From an uncultured Allomuricauda sp. (lineage in GTDB: Bacteria > Bacteroidota > Bacteroidia > Flavobacteriales > Flavobacteriaceae): a stretch of 64,000 bases of DNA. A program made the position numbers and the translations under genes. How positions within the stretch are numbered: the first letter of the stretch is position 1; every line of letters begins with the position of its first letter. Shown piece by piece: positions 19,024-27,927 of this stretch. The stretch covers positions 7,612-71,611 of the forward strand of contig CALBPG010000074.1 of NCBI GenBank assembly GCA_937899065.1, given 5' to 3'. The notes under the pieces are model-generated. The model was not told where the DNA came from. It was given only the letters and a program-made list of their open reading frames with translations, and ran no database searches.

Positions 19024-19926
19024 TTAGTTTCTATTATCGGTGAACCTTTCAAAAGCGGTATTGATGCTTAACTGAACCTGTTCTTCCCGCAGCACTTTTA
19101 ATTGAGGAGATAAAGAGGATTGCACTTGTCCGCATGCTTCTGGGCTTGGTGAATTCTTTCGTACCACATCCATGCACTCCACGATATGTTTTCCTGAAAG
19201 TGTCGCGACGAGTTTGGTCTTATCAAAAGTTATGATGTGCAGTACTCCCTCAAAAACGTGGGTATGGCTGATATCAAGGGTATCCATGAAGAAGATACTG
19301 TAATTGTTATTCTCCTCAACTTCCTCGGGCGCTATATTTGTAGCATAAGCAGCATCTACTTCTTCCAATAAAGGATTGGTCAATGCCTCAATCTGTTTCA
19401 TGGCCTCTTGTGGCGAAATTTGACCAGCCTGTAGTTGTGCGCTAATGGCACGGGTCTTTTCTTCGATGGATAACTTTTTGCTTTGCAAAGTGTTTTTTTC
19501 ACTGGCGATACGTCCTTTGTCAAGCGTATTAAAATCCTTTTCAAACGCGGCACGTTCCATAAGCCCTTGTTTGAAGTCTGACACCGAAATGAAAACACTG
19601 TCCTCAGGTTGAATGGGAAACTTAAAAGCGTTTTGGAAAGACACGGAAAGCAAAAGTTCATATCCTTTAGGAGCATCTTCTGGGCTCGCAACAATTCCTT
19701 GACTTTCCAGGCGCCTTACCTCTTTGGCCCATGGTCCATTTGGACCCATATCGTGTTCGGCTATCTGGAAACTGAAGGATTCACCGGTATTTCCTATGGA
19801 TGCCTCAAGCACTTGAGCGGGACCAAAGTTTTTTGCTTTGTAGGTCACCTTTTGCTGTGAAAAACCAATCGTTGCTATCCCAAAAAGACAAATGAACGAT
19901 AGATGATAATGTGTGCTCAACTTCAT
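19024..19926 (-). CDS. Secreted hypothetical protein
   Basis: Signal peptide from ATG 19926 (MKLSTHY...GFSQQ); the track extension to 20052 overlaps the upstream gene. Confidence 0.7.
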   Translation of the reverse strand: MKLSTHYHLSFICLFGIATIGFSQQKVTYKAKNFGPAQVLEASIGNTGESFSFQIAEHDMGPNGPWAKEVRRLESQGIVASPEDAPKGYELLLSVSFQNAFKFPIQPEDSVFISVSDFKQGLMERAAFEKDFNTLDKGRIASEKNTLQSKKLSIEEKTRAISAQLQAGQISPQEAMKQIEALTNPLLEEVDAAYATNIAPEEVEENNNYSIFFMDTLDISHTHVFEGVLHIITFDKTKLVATLSGKHIVECMDVVRKNSPSPEACGQVQSSLSPQLKVLREEQVQLSINTAFERFTDNRN

Positions 19927-19942
19927 ATTTCTATTTTTTTTA

Positions 19943-20458
19943 CTATCGTTTTGGTACCGTAAGATTGAAAATAACCGGTTTAATACCGCCCTTTGCGCCA
20001 ATGGGCTCCGCATAGAGTTCAATACTATATTCGCCGGGAAACATAAGGCCAATAGTACCTTCTTTTAGCATTTGTATTTCCTCTTCCTCTGGGTCGACGG
20101 CCAATAGACCGACAAAATCGAAGGCCTCTGCAGGAATTCCCATGTCACCGGGAAAGTAAGCCAATGGGACTTTACGTACTACGTTTTTGACCAACTTGCC
20201 GTCCCTCTTGACAACGGTTTTGAAATTGAAAAAGACAATCTCTTCCTTGTAGACATTTTTGACGAGGTCTTTGCCTTTAAAATTGAACTTGAGCTGGTAT
20301 TTTCCTGTTTTGAATTCTTTGAAAAGCTGTACTGCTGAATTCGATTCAAGTTTTAATTCTGTTTTGGTTTTTCCGTTTAGTGTTAACTGTCCTTCCACAT
20401 ATTGCGCTTGTAGTGAAAGGGAACTTATTAACACGAGTAATGCTATATACTTTTTCAT
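19943..20458 (-). CDS. Secreted hypothetical protein (beta-rich)
   Basis: Signal peptide MKKYIALLVLISSLSLQA-Q from ATG 20458. Confidence 0.75.
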   Translation of the reverse strand: MKKYIALLVLISSLSLQAQYVEGQLTLNGKTKTELKLESNSAVQLFKEFKTGKYQLKFNFKGKDLVKNVYKEEIVFFNFKTVVKRDGKLVKNVVRKVPLAYFPGDMGIPAEAFDFVGLLAVDPEEEEIQMLKEGTIGLMFPGEYSIELYAEPIGAKGGIKPVIFNLTVPKR

Positions 20459-20468
20459 GTTTGGTTTT

Positions 20469-21035
20469 TTACAATTTGTAATGTCTGGCGATATCGAACA
20501 GGATTTCTTTGGTTGCTTTTCCCGTACTCGTTTTGGATCCATTGTTAGGTGGGGCGATATTATAGATAAGGCCATCTTTTAAAATGAGGAGTTGGTAGGT
20601 AAGCCCCACATAAATGGCCCTACCGTCAAATTCTTCTACAGGGTGGTTCATTCCACCTTCCCTAGGATTGTATTGCCAGAAAGGATCTTCTTGTTGACTG
20701 GGATACACGGCTACTTGACCCTCCCAGAATTCATGTTCCTTGTCACCATAAAACATTTTTACCTTGCAGAGAGAGAATTCTCCTGGGATTCGCTCAACGC
20801 GTTCAATGGCTATTCGCTTTGCATCCGGATTGTGTTTCAGGACTAGTTCTTCCGGGAATTCTGAACAGAGTTTTTCATTGATGGCTCTTGCCTTGCTTTT
20901 TCGTTCTTCTAAGGCCGCAACTGATGCTTCAAAATCGGTATCGGTATCTTCTTCTTTCGCTTTTCTTTCACCCATACAGCTCATTTGAAAAACTGCGAGT
21001 AGGGCCAAAAGTGCTATTGAATTATTTTTAATCAT
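20469..21035 (-). CDS. Hypothetical lipoprotein, probable paralog of 21060-21707
   Basis: Lipobox QMS-C, mature start CMGERK, two internal Cys. Confidence 0.7.
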   Translation of the reverse strand: MIKNNSIALLALLAVFQMSCMGERKAKEEDTDTDFEASVAALEERKSKARAINEKLCSEFPEELVLKHNPDAKRIAIERVERIPGEFSLCKVKMFYGDKEHEFWEGQVAVYPSQQEDPFWQYNPREGGMNHPVEEFDGRAIYVGLTYQLLILKDGLIYNIAPPNNGSKTSTGKATKEILFDIARHYKL

Positions 21036-21059
21036 GTCTCTTTTTTTATGGATTGGTAT

Positions 21060-21707
21060 TTAATTGATATATCCAGCAGCCTTGGCCATGCTCAAAGCCA
21101 TTTTTTTGTAATCTCTATTTTTAGCGACTTCTTCTTTGTTCAGCTTATTTCCGGGTGGATTTACGAATAAAGTATACCCCTTAAATTTTATGGTCAATGC
21201 TCGTTTACTTTCATTCCAAAGGGCTGCCATACCAGAAGTTTCTATCCACTCTGAGGATTTAGAAGTAGACTTTTGGATTGCCCATACTTCAGCCCAATCT
21301 TCACCATAACCGGTACTGGTGTTTGTAACGGTACCATCAGCGTTCTTGCCATTATCTGGTATCATGCTAATTGAACCTCTAAGCCATAAAAAATCATTTT
21401 CACCATCTTTAATATAAAAATTGCATACAGGGGGTGAGTTTGGCACTCTTCTATCTGACTTTGAGATGTCCTCAAATATCACTTTGTCTTCCGGAATGCT
21501 ATACATCGAGGCAATCACGGCGGCCGACATGTTTTCACAAGCACTACTATTCATATCATAGCTAATACGATTACCCTTAAAGTTGGTATTAACAAAGGAG
21601 GAGTCACCTAGTTCTTCCACATCAACTTGTTTGCGGTCACCGATGCATGCGGTTAAAAAAGAGGCTGCCAAAAGGCATAAGACCGTGTTTTTGGTATTGA
21701 TTTTCAT
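21060..21707 (-). CDS. Hypothetical lipoprotein
   Basis: Lipobox LTA-C, mature start CIGDRK, two internal Cys. Confidence 0.75.
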   Translation of the reverse strand: MKINTKNTVLCLLAASFLTACIGDRKQVDVEELGDSSFVNTNFKGNRISYDMNSSACENMSAAVIASMYSIPEDKVIFEDISKSDRRVPNSPPVCNFYIKDGENDFLWLRGSISMIPDNGKNADGTVTNTSTGYGEDWAEVWAIQKSTSKSSEWIETSGMAALWNESKRALTIKFKGYTLFVNPPGNKLNKEEVAKNRDYKKMALSMAKAAGYIN

Positions 21708-21716
21708 ATTCTTGGT

Positions 21717-22595
21717 TTAAAACATTTTTTTATATTCCTTAGGATTGATGGTTAGAGAGGCGTCTTGGTTGATATTGGTCACAACGCCAGTAGTTGTGCC
21801 TTCTTTTTGGATGGCAGTGAACTCCATTACAAACCCGAAAACTCCTGTTTGTTCCATGACTTCTGCGCTTCCGAAAGTCCAGTTGGGAACAGTTACATCA
21901 GGCGCTGCCCAAAAAGTAATTTGATTGCCATCCGCCTCGAGCGTGTATTCGTCACAGGTGTAGCCCAATATGGTTTTGGTATTTCCCGTTTTAGTGGGTT
22001 TGGTAAAGTCAAAATCATCCATTTGAGGTATTTGATTGCCCTTTTGGTCTGCTATGCTTTGGTTCATTTGCATTTTCATCATGGGACTATCGACAAATAC
22101 GCGGACGTTTTCGCCATCCATGACAATCACAGAGCTCCCTTGAACATCTCCACCACTGTAGGCATCCAAATTGGCTTTCATTCCGAAATAGTTGCTGTTT
22201 TCGTTCATGAGGTAGGTAATGGGAAATACCTCCCCTTCGGTAGTTGTCATTTCCATATCGACTTCAATATGGAATTCATAGACTTCATTTGATGGTGGAA
22301 CAGTTTCAGTATCTGTCGGAAAGGTTTGCATACCGTCCATCCTTTCACTTACCGTGGATTCCCCCTCTACTTCGGCTGATGCTTCCCTTTCTTTTTTGTT
22401 TCCCTTGTCACCCGTAAATAGGCTATCTATCGCTTTATCCGTAGTTTCGGCAGTCTTGTTTTCTACCTTGCGTTCTATGGTTCTAGCAGCCGCGTTTTCA
22501 GCTTTCTTTTTTAATCTTTTGAAAAATTGGGCGTGGGTTGTGTGCCCCAAGCACAACATCAAAAGGACTAGTAAGGGACGATAAAAGTGACTCAT
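21717..22595 (-). CDS. Secreted DUF4412-like protein
   Basis: Signal peptide, FFKRLKKKAENAAARTIERK helix, KTGNTKTILGYTCDEY motif. Confidence 0.75.
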   Translation of the reverse strand: MSHFYRPLLVLLMLCLGHTTHAQFFKRLKKKAENAAARTIERKVENKTAETTDKAIDSLFTGDKGNKKEREASAEVEGESTVSERMDGMQTFPTDTETVPPSNEVYEFHIEVDMEMTTTEGEVFPITYLMNENSNYFGMKANLDAYSGGDVQGSSVIVMDGENVRVFVDSPMMKMQMNQSIADQKGNQIPQMDDFDFTKPTKTGNTKTILGYTCDEYTLEADGNQITFWAAPDVTVPNWTFGSAEVMEQTGVFGFVMEFTAIQKEGTTTGVVTNINQDASLTINPKEYKKMF

Positions 22596-22617
22596 ATAAT
22601 TCTTGTTTGGTTGTGCT

Positions 22618-22703
22618 TTGGTTCCGAAAAACCATAAAAGGTTAACAACCCATCAATTTTTTTTTGAACTGGTTGTTAACCTTTGTAGATTTCAGCCTAC
22701 CAA
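22618..22703. promoter_or_regulatory. Pair of divergent ECF-type promoter motifs (GTTAACC-N17-ACCAA on each strand) forming a 14-bp inverted repeat
   Basis: AAAGGTTAACAACC 22637-22650 / GGTTGTTAACCTTT 22671-22684; ACCAA at 22699-22703 (+) and 22622-22618 (-). Confidence 0.6.
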
Positions 22704-23245
22704 TGGTCAAAAACGAAGCGTTACTACAGGAAAGATTGCGTGAGGGAGACAAAAAGGCTTTAGGGCAGTTGTATTCTGATTATAAAGCGGCCTTTCTTGC
22801 CTATTTTCGAGAGCGAGTTGCTGTGGGAATGGATATTGAAGATTTGTATCAGGATAGTGTGATTGCAGTGTATCAGAATTATGTGCTGAACCAATTACAA
22901 CTAAAGAAAGGGTCTGTAAAAACGTATTTGTTCGCCGTTGGGAAGAACAAATTGGCAGCCAAATTCAATGCGTCCAAACCTTATGTAAAGGAAGACTTTT
23001 TACTTTCCCAACCCTATGTAGAGATGGATGAGGACCAAATGCCAATGGAACAACAACTGCTTTTGAAAGAATTCAAGCAATTGGGTGAAAAGTGCAGAGA
23101 AATGCTGCGATTGCATTATTATCGGGGATTGACGGATAAAGAAATTGTCGCGAAAACGGGATACAAAGATGAAAATACCATTAAAAGTTACCGTTCAAGA
23201 TGTTTGAAGAAACTTAAAGAGGCCATTCATGGAAGCGGAAAGTGA
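22703..23245 (+). CDS. ECF RNA polymerase sigma factor
   Basis: Region 2 EDLYQDSV..SVKTYLFAVGKNK; region 4 CREMLRLHYYRGLTDKEI..TIKSYRSRCLKKLK; alternative TTG start at 22664. Confidence 0.92.
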   Translation: MVKNEALLQERLREGDKKALGQLYSDYKAAFLAYFRERVAVGMDIEDLYQDSVIAVYQNYVLNQLQLKKGSVKTYLFAVGKNKLAAKFNASKPYVKEDFLLSQPYVEMDEDQMPMEQQLLLKEFKQLGEKCREMLRLHYYRGLTDKEIVAKTGYKDENTIKSYRSRCLKKLKEAIHGSGK

Positions 23246-23948
23246 CATCATTTTATTTCGTAAAAAAGTGTTGGGTCAGTTGAGTAATGATGAGGCCCAA
23301 GCTTTCGAGCAGCGTTTCGAAACGGATATGGAATTTCAAAAATCCTATCTCGAATACAAAGAACTGTTCGAAGTCATTTCCGTATCCGAAAAACAAGAAC
23401 TCAAGAACCATCTAAAAACCGTATCAGAGCCATCTGCCAAAAAGTACCAGTATTGGTTGCCGATTGCCGCAACCATATTACTTCTTGTCGGGGCGTTTTG
23501 GATGTATCGTTTCAATGCACAGCCACAAGGATTGTGCGAGACGTATTTCGATACCTATCCAAATGTGATTGCTCCCGCCACAAGAGGAAGTGAACCTCAA
23601 AATGTTTTGGAAAAAGCGTATCGCAACTATGATTCAGGCGCTTTTGAAAAAGCCGCTTTGGAGTTTGAAAAGTATCTTCAGTATCAAGCGAATTCAGATG
23701 TGTCCTTTTACCACGCGATGGCCTTGTTGAATGCTGGTCGACTCGGCGAGGCAAAAACTATCTTGGAATCCCTGCCAAAAGATGACCCAGACTTTGCGTT
23801 TGCGGACGAAACCCAATGGTATTTGGCCCTGATTTATATCAAACTTGAAAACACCACCCAAGCGAAAAGCTTACTGTTCCAATTGGAAACCGAAGGAAAT
23901 GGTTTTAAAGCTGACGAAATCAAGTCCTTACTTTCGGAGCTTGACTAA
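23229..23948 (+). CDS. Putative membrane-anchored anti-sigma factor with extracytoplasmic TPR domain
   Basis: Overlaps sigma stop; about 70-aa N-terminal helical domain, TM WLPIAATILLLVGAFWMY, TPR-like FYHAMALL...QWYLALIYIK. Confidence 0.7.
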   Translation: MEAESDIILFRKKVLGQLSNDEAQAFEQRFETDMEFQKSYLEYKELFEVISVSEKQELKNHLKTVSEPSAKKYQYWLPIAATILLLVGAFWMYRFNAQPQGLCETYFDTYPNVIAPATRGSEPQNVLEKAYRNYDSGAFEKAALEFEKYLQYQANSDVSFYHAMALLNAGRLGEAKTILESLPKDDPDFAFADETQWYLALIYIKLENTTQAKSLLFQLETEGNGFKADEIKSLLSELD

Positions 23949-23951
23949 GCC

Positions 23952-24716
23952 CTAAGCCGATTCCAAACAGGAAGTAACGGTTATCGCTTGGAATACATCA
24001 AACCCATCAAATTCTAAGGTACCTTCAAAGTTTTTGGGCAGCACATAGCACTCCCCAGAAAAATAATGGGTTTCCTTGCCTGTGGTATCGATAACCTTTA
24101 GCAAGCCATTCAAAATAAAACCGAATTCATCAGCATCAAGTTTTACCTTTTGACTGCCGCCTTTTTCTTGTGTAAGCACAGAGACTTGTAGTTCATCCCC
24201 TTTAAAAATGGTTTTACTGGAATTTAGTTCGGTAGGAGATTGGACGCTTTTCGAGAACGTGTAGGGTACTTTGGCGATGGTTTCGCTTATTTCCGGTGCT
24301 CTTGGTTTGGTGTAAATGGCAATCTCCATAAAATCTCCCGAGGTTTCAATGGTTTTCCAACGGCCTGTAAATCCTTTAGGAACCAAAAAGAAATCTCCTT
24401 TTTGAAAGGTTTGCTTTTCCCCATCCAAGGGGGTTACCTCTGCCTTTCCATTTAAAACATAGACAAACTCATCAATGGCACTACGCTCTTCCGATCTAAA
24501 AGCCGTATTGCTTGAGGTGACGTATTAGACCAAATCATCTCCTGAGTACTCCTGGTTGGTATGAAGTTGCCTTTCCAGAGGAGCCCATCCCGGTTTTACT
24601 CTTTGTAATCCCACACCAGATAGAATGGTTTTGTCAAGGGTAACGGGAGGAATGATATCCTGGGCTTTTAGCATGGAAAATGATAATAATAGTACGAAAT
24701 ACAATACTTTTCTCAT
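23952..24716 (-). pseudogene. Secreted tandem-cupin (EutQ/DUF861-like) gene interrupted by in-frame TAA at 24527-24525
   Basis: Track ORFs 24525-24734 and 23952-24428 are in one frame; read-through gives GDDLV*YVTSSNTAFRSEERSAIDEFVYVLNGKAEVTPLDGEKQTFQKGDFFLVPKGFTG. Confidence 0.75.
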
Positions 24717-24783
24717 CGGTCTGTTTTTGAGCAATTTTAGCCATGAACTGGCTCAAAACAGGGAGATTTTAAGGTAAAAAAGT

Positions 24784-25821
24784 TCAGTTTTCTATTTCTG
24801 GAGTAGTTTTCAGAAAAGCTTTGGGTGTATACCCCGTTTTCTGTCGGAATATGGAAAAGAATGACGATTTGGAACGGAAACCTGCTTCCAAACCAATGGC
24901 TTCAATGGTAATATCCTTTCGGGAATGCAATAGTTTTTTTGCCTCTTCGACCCTATAGGTATTGATGTAATGGGAAAAACTGACGTTGAAGTTGTCGTTA
25001 AGTACTTGCGAGATGCGTTGGGGCGCGACGTTCATGGCTTTGGCCAAAGCATTGATTTTGAAATCTGGATTTTTAAATATGGACGAATCAAAAAGGTATT
25101 GGTCCATTTTTTCCTTTAAAAGAGCGGCTTCTAAGCTGTTGATTTTTTTACCAGCGTACTTCTCCCTAAAACTTTTCTGAAAGAAACCATTCGCTTTATA
25201 GAGCAAAATGAGACTCCCATAAAAAATGATGGAGAAGAAAATGGGACCGAGCACATAGTTGGTAAAAAGGGAAATGGCAAATCCAAGGCATATGGCCACA
25301 AATGCACAAAGCACGATTCTTTTTTGTTTGAAAAGCTCCTCATGGTGCTTCTTTTCTGATAGAAGCCGAAGCCCTGAAAAACCAATATAAATAGTTAACA
25401 AGGCATGCATGGCGTACCGGATTTGGAAGTCCCAAACAGGAAAATGTTCATGATAAGGATATAGCCATCCGAATAAAAGCAGGGCGGAAAACACTAAAGA
25501 AAAATGAATGGCATCTCGTTTAGCGAATGAAGTTTTATCCGTTTTCATCAAGGTAAACAGAACAACCCCAGCGAGCACATTTGCGGTTAACCCCAATTGT
25601 ATCAGCAAGGGATGAATGATTCCAAGAAAGAAGTAAAAACAGGAAACCCCAACCCGAAGTACGATTAAAAACAACAACCCGCCCAAGGACAGCAAATAGG
25701 GATTACGCTGTTTTAAGCCTTGGAACCCAAAATAGAGGCTTGCCAACAGAGCATTGAATACCCCTAGTGCACTGAAAAAGAACAAGAGCTCATTTTTCAA
25801 AACATCCAGGGTCACGAACAT
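24784..25821 (-). CDS. Membrane-integrated AraC family regulator
   Basis: About six to seven hydrophobic N-terminal segments; C-terminal FSHYINTYRVEEAKKLL..TIEAIGLEAGFRSKSSFFSIFRQKTGYTP. Confidence 0.9.
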   Translation of the reverse strand: MFVTLDVLKNELLFFFSALGVFNALLASLYFGFQGLKQRNPYLLSLGGLLFLIVLRVGVSCFYFFLGIIHPLLIQLGLTANVLAGVVLFTLMKTDKTSFAKRDAIHFSLVFSALLLFGWLYPYHEHFPVWDFQIRYAMHALLTIYIGFSGLRLLSEKKHHEELFKQKRIVLCAFVAICLGFAISLFTNYVLGPIFFSIIFYGSLILLYKANGFFQKSFREKYAGKKINSLEAALLKEKMDQYLFDSSIFKNPDFKINALAKAMNVAPQRISQVLNDNFNVSFSHYINTYRVEEAKKLLHSRKDITIEAIGLEAGFRSKSSFFSIFRQKTGYTPKAFLKTTPEIEN

Positions 25822-25839
25822 TTGCTATATGGTTTTGGA

Positions 25840-26355
25840 TTACTCTGTAGAATGGTGCTCGGCTTGTTTGCCGTAAATCGTGGTATGCATACCCGCAATT
25901 TTCCACAGGCCATCTACCTTTTCCATAAGGCGTGTTTCGCGTTTTAAACCCCGAACAGAATCCACTTGCTCGTACGTGACCCAAGCTCCAGTGCCATAAA
26001 CGCGGACCTCTATCTCTTTAATGGGTTTGGGTAGCGGGTCTGGTTCTGGGTGTTCTTCAAAATAGGTTTTTACAAAATCACTTATTTCTATCCAACCCAA
26101 GGTTTCGGTGATACTGCTATCCGGAAACTGCATGTAGGTTTTGGTCACAAAGGGTTCCTGAATCCATTTGTTTTGCCAACTTTCATAATCACGACTGAAA
26201 GCCGCCACGGTTTCGCTATTTATGGTAGCGAGTATGGCTGTTTTTTCTTGCTCTAGAGTAGGGCTTTTTACCTCTTCCGTTGATGCTTCTGAAGGCTGCT
26301 CTTTCTTGCAGGCAACGATGGCTAACAAGAGTACTAGGGTATAAATTGTTTTCAA
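25840..26355 (-). CDS. Lipoprotein with SnoaL/NTF2-like domain
   Basis: TTG start, lipobox IVA-C, GTGAWVTYEQ..ETRLMEKVDGLWKIAGMHT. Confidence 0.7.
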   Translation of the reverse strand: MKTIYTLVLLLAIVACKKEQPSEASTEEVKSPTLEQEKTAILATINSETVAAFSRDYESWQNKWIQEPFVTKTYMQFPDSSITETLGWIEISDFVKTYFEEHPEPDPLPKPIKEIEVRVYGTGAWVTYEQVDSVRGLKRETRLMEKVDGLWKIAGMHTTIYGKQAEHHSTE

Positions 26356-26358
26356 CAG

Positions 26359-27927
26359 TTAGGGATTTAATTCAAAGAAGGATTCAATACGGTCGCCTTT
26401 TTCATTTCCAGTATACTCATAAAAAATACGTTCCAGATAAGGTGCTTCCATTTCATTGTCATTTAATATGAAGAACAAAGCATCGCTGTCATTCGAAAAC
26501 AGGGATACATCATAACCTTGCCCATCAAGCACTGTGGTAATCGCCTCGGGAACGGTGATACTTTCGTAGGGAATTGTTGTCATTTCGGTGGAATCTCCAT
26601 ACACATACCAGAAAAGCCTTGGCAACATAACATTCTCTTGAATAGAATTGAGGAAAGTAAAACTGTCATAATCTGCATCCGTACTTATCATATCATCCGT
26701 TCGGGTGATGGTCCAGCCTGGCAAGGTAAAGGTTCCCGTTCCTCTAACACTGGCTCTCACTTCAGTAGTAGCATCAACTTGCAAAGTAAGGCGTTGTTGT
26801 ACAATGGGGAATAGGTCGATTTCCGGGAATTCAATAGGCGTAGCAGGAACGTCAGTGCTGTAGAACACTCTGTAGTATTCATCGTATTCGTTTGAAGTGT
26901 AGGCCGCTTCATCCGTAAAACCCCTTAAAAAGAAGGAGTACCCTATAATCCCTGAAGGAAGTTCCACACTGGAGCGGTCCCAATCTTGTGAAAATTCAGA
27001 TAGGTTGGCCGTTTTATCAGAAAAGTCATCGGATTCCAACAATAGGTAACGGTAATCGTCTGGTGCATCATCAAAGGGATTTTTAAAGTAGATAAAAATG
27101 TCTTCGGCAGGAATGTCCAAACCATACCCACAGTTCAAGGTAAACATGTTGTTATCTCCTGAACCACCGAAATTTCGGTACGTATGCGATTGAAGGGTCA
27201 AGTTGAATCCGTCAAACCCACCAGCCATAGCATCATCAGTAACGGTAAAGCCAAATTCCCCAAAGTTGTTTGGTGGGGTGTTGAATTGCGCACTGGCTCC
27301 CGCAAAACTCGGAACTATAGTTCCTGCGGGCACATCGGTATAGGAGAAAATCTGAGGTCTACTGGTTGAAATCTCGAATACCGTAGCGATGATATTCTGG
27401 CGTGCGAATCCATCTTCAGCGTAGAAGATGCCATCCGTAGCACTTGTGAGTTCTCTATGGGTTATGGTTTCACCGGTCAAAGTATTCAAGGCAATGAAAA
27501 TCCGCTTTTCAGCCGTGGAAAGTTGTCCGCGAAAATCAGATGTTGAAAAGAGTAGTTTCTGCGTTGTAAAGATTAATTGTGCTTCGGCTTGATTTCCAGC
27601 TTCATCTTCTGCGGTGATTACCAATGTCTTTTCACCATCATCAAAATCGAAGGGATCTATTTGGAAGTTAATTTCCGTCTCGGTGGTTTCCAAAACCTGG
27701 GTTCCATCTAGAGTCAGCACTGTTTCAATCATATCCGAAGCATCAGAAACTGAAAAGTTCAGGTCGGTCAAAACTTCTATGATATCGCTTCCTCTAGGTA
27801 TGGAGATAGAAGGAGGTGTTGTGTCATCTTGATTGGGATTTACGGGGCCTATCGTTACAGGCGAAGAATCATCAGAATCGCACCCAAATATGAAGAGTAC
27901 AACGAACAGAATGAGAATGTTTTTCAT
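26359..27927 (-). CDS. Lipoprotein with N-terminal Ig-like domain, paralog of 4997-6622
   Basis: Lipobox IFG-C plus acidic DSDD; DTTPPSISI..DPFDFDDGEKTLVITAEDEAGN. Confidence 0.7.
   Translation of the reverse strand: MKNILILFVVLFIFGCDSDDSSPVTIGPVNPNQDDTTPPSISIPRGSDIIEVLTDLNFSVSDASDMIETVLTLDGTQVLETTETEINFQIDPFDFDDGEKTLVITAEDEAGNQAEAQLIFTTQKLLFSTSDFRGQLSTAEKRIFIALNTLTGETITHRELTSATDGIFYAEDGFARQNIIATVFEISTSRPQIFSYTDVPAGTIVPSFAGASAQFNTPPNNFGEFGFTVTDDAMAGGFDGFNLTLQSHTYRNFGGSGDNNMFTLNCGYGLDIPAEDIFIYFKNPFDDAPDDYRYLLLESDDFSDKTANLSEFSQDWDRSSVELPSGIIGYSFFLRGFTDEAAYTSNEYDEYYRVFYSTDVPATPIEFPEIDLFPIVQQRLTLQVDATTEVRASVRGTGTFTLPGWTITRTDDMISTDADYDSFTFLNSIQENVMLPRLFWYVYGDSTEMTTIPYESITVPEAITTVLDGQGYDVSLFSNDSDALFFILNDNEMEAPYLERIFYEYTGNEKGDRIESFFELNP

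Noticed and set aside
19927-20575. N-terminal extensions of track ORFs 19024-20052 and 19943-20575
   Set aside because: They overlap neighbouring genes; internal ATGs at 19926 and 20458 give clean signal peptides
13910-23948. Type III-E CRISPR Craspase or gasdermin-associated CHAT defence system
   Set aside because: No cas genes, repeat-spacer array or gasdermin-like ORF; this CHAT is predicted extracytoplasmic
24525-24527. Programmed read-through (selenocysteine or pyrrolysine) in the cupin gene
   Set aside because: The stop is TAA, not TGA or TAG
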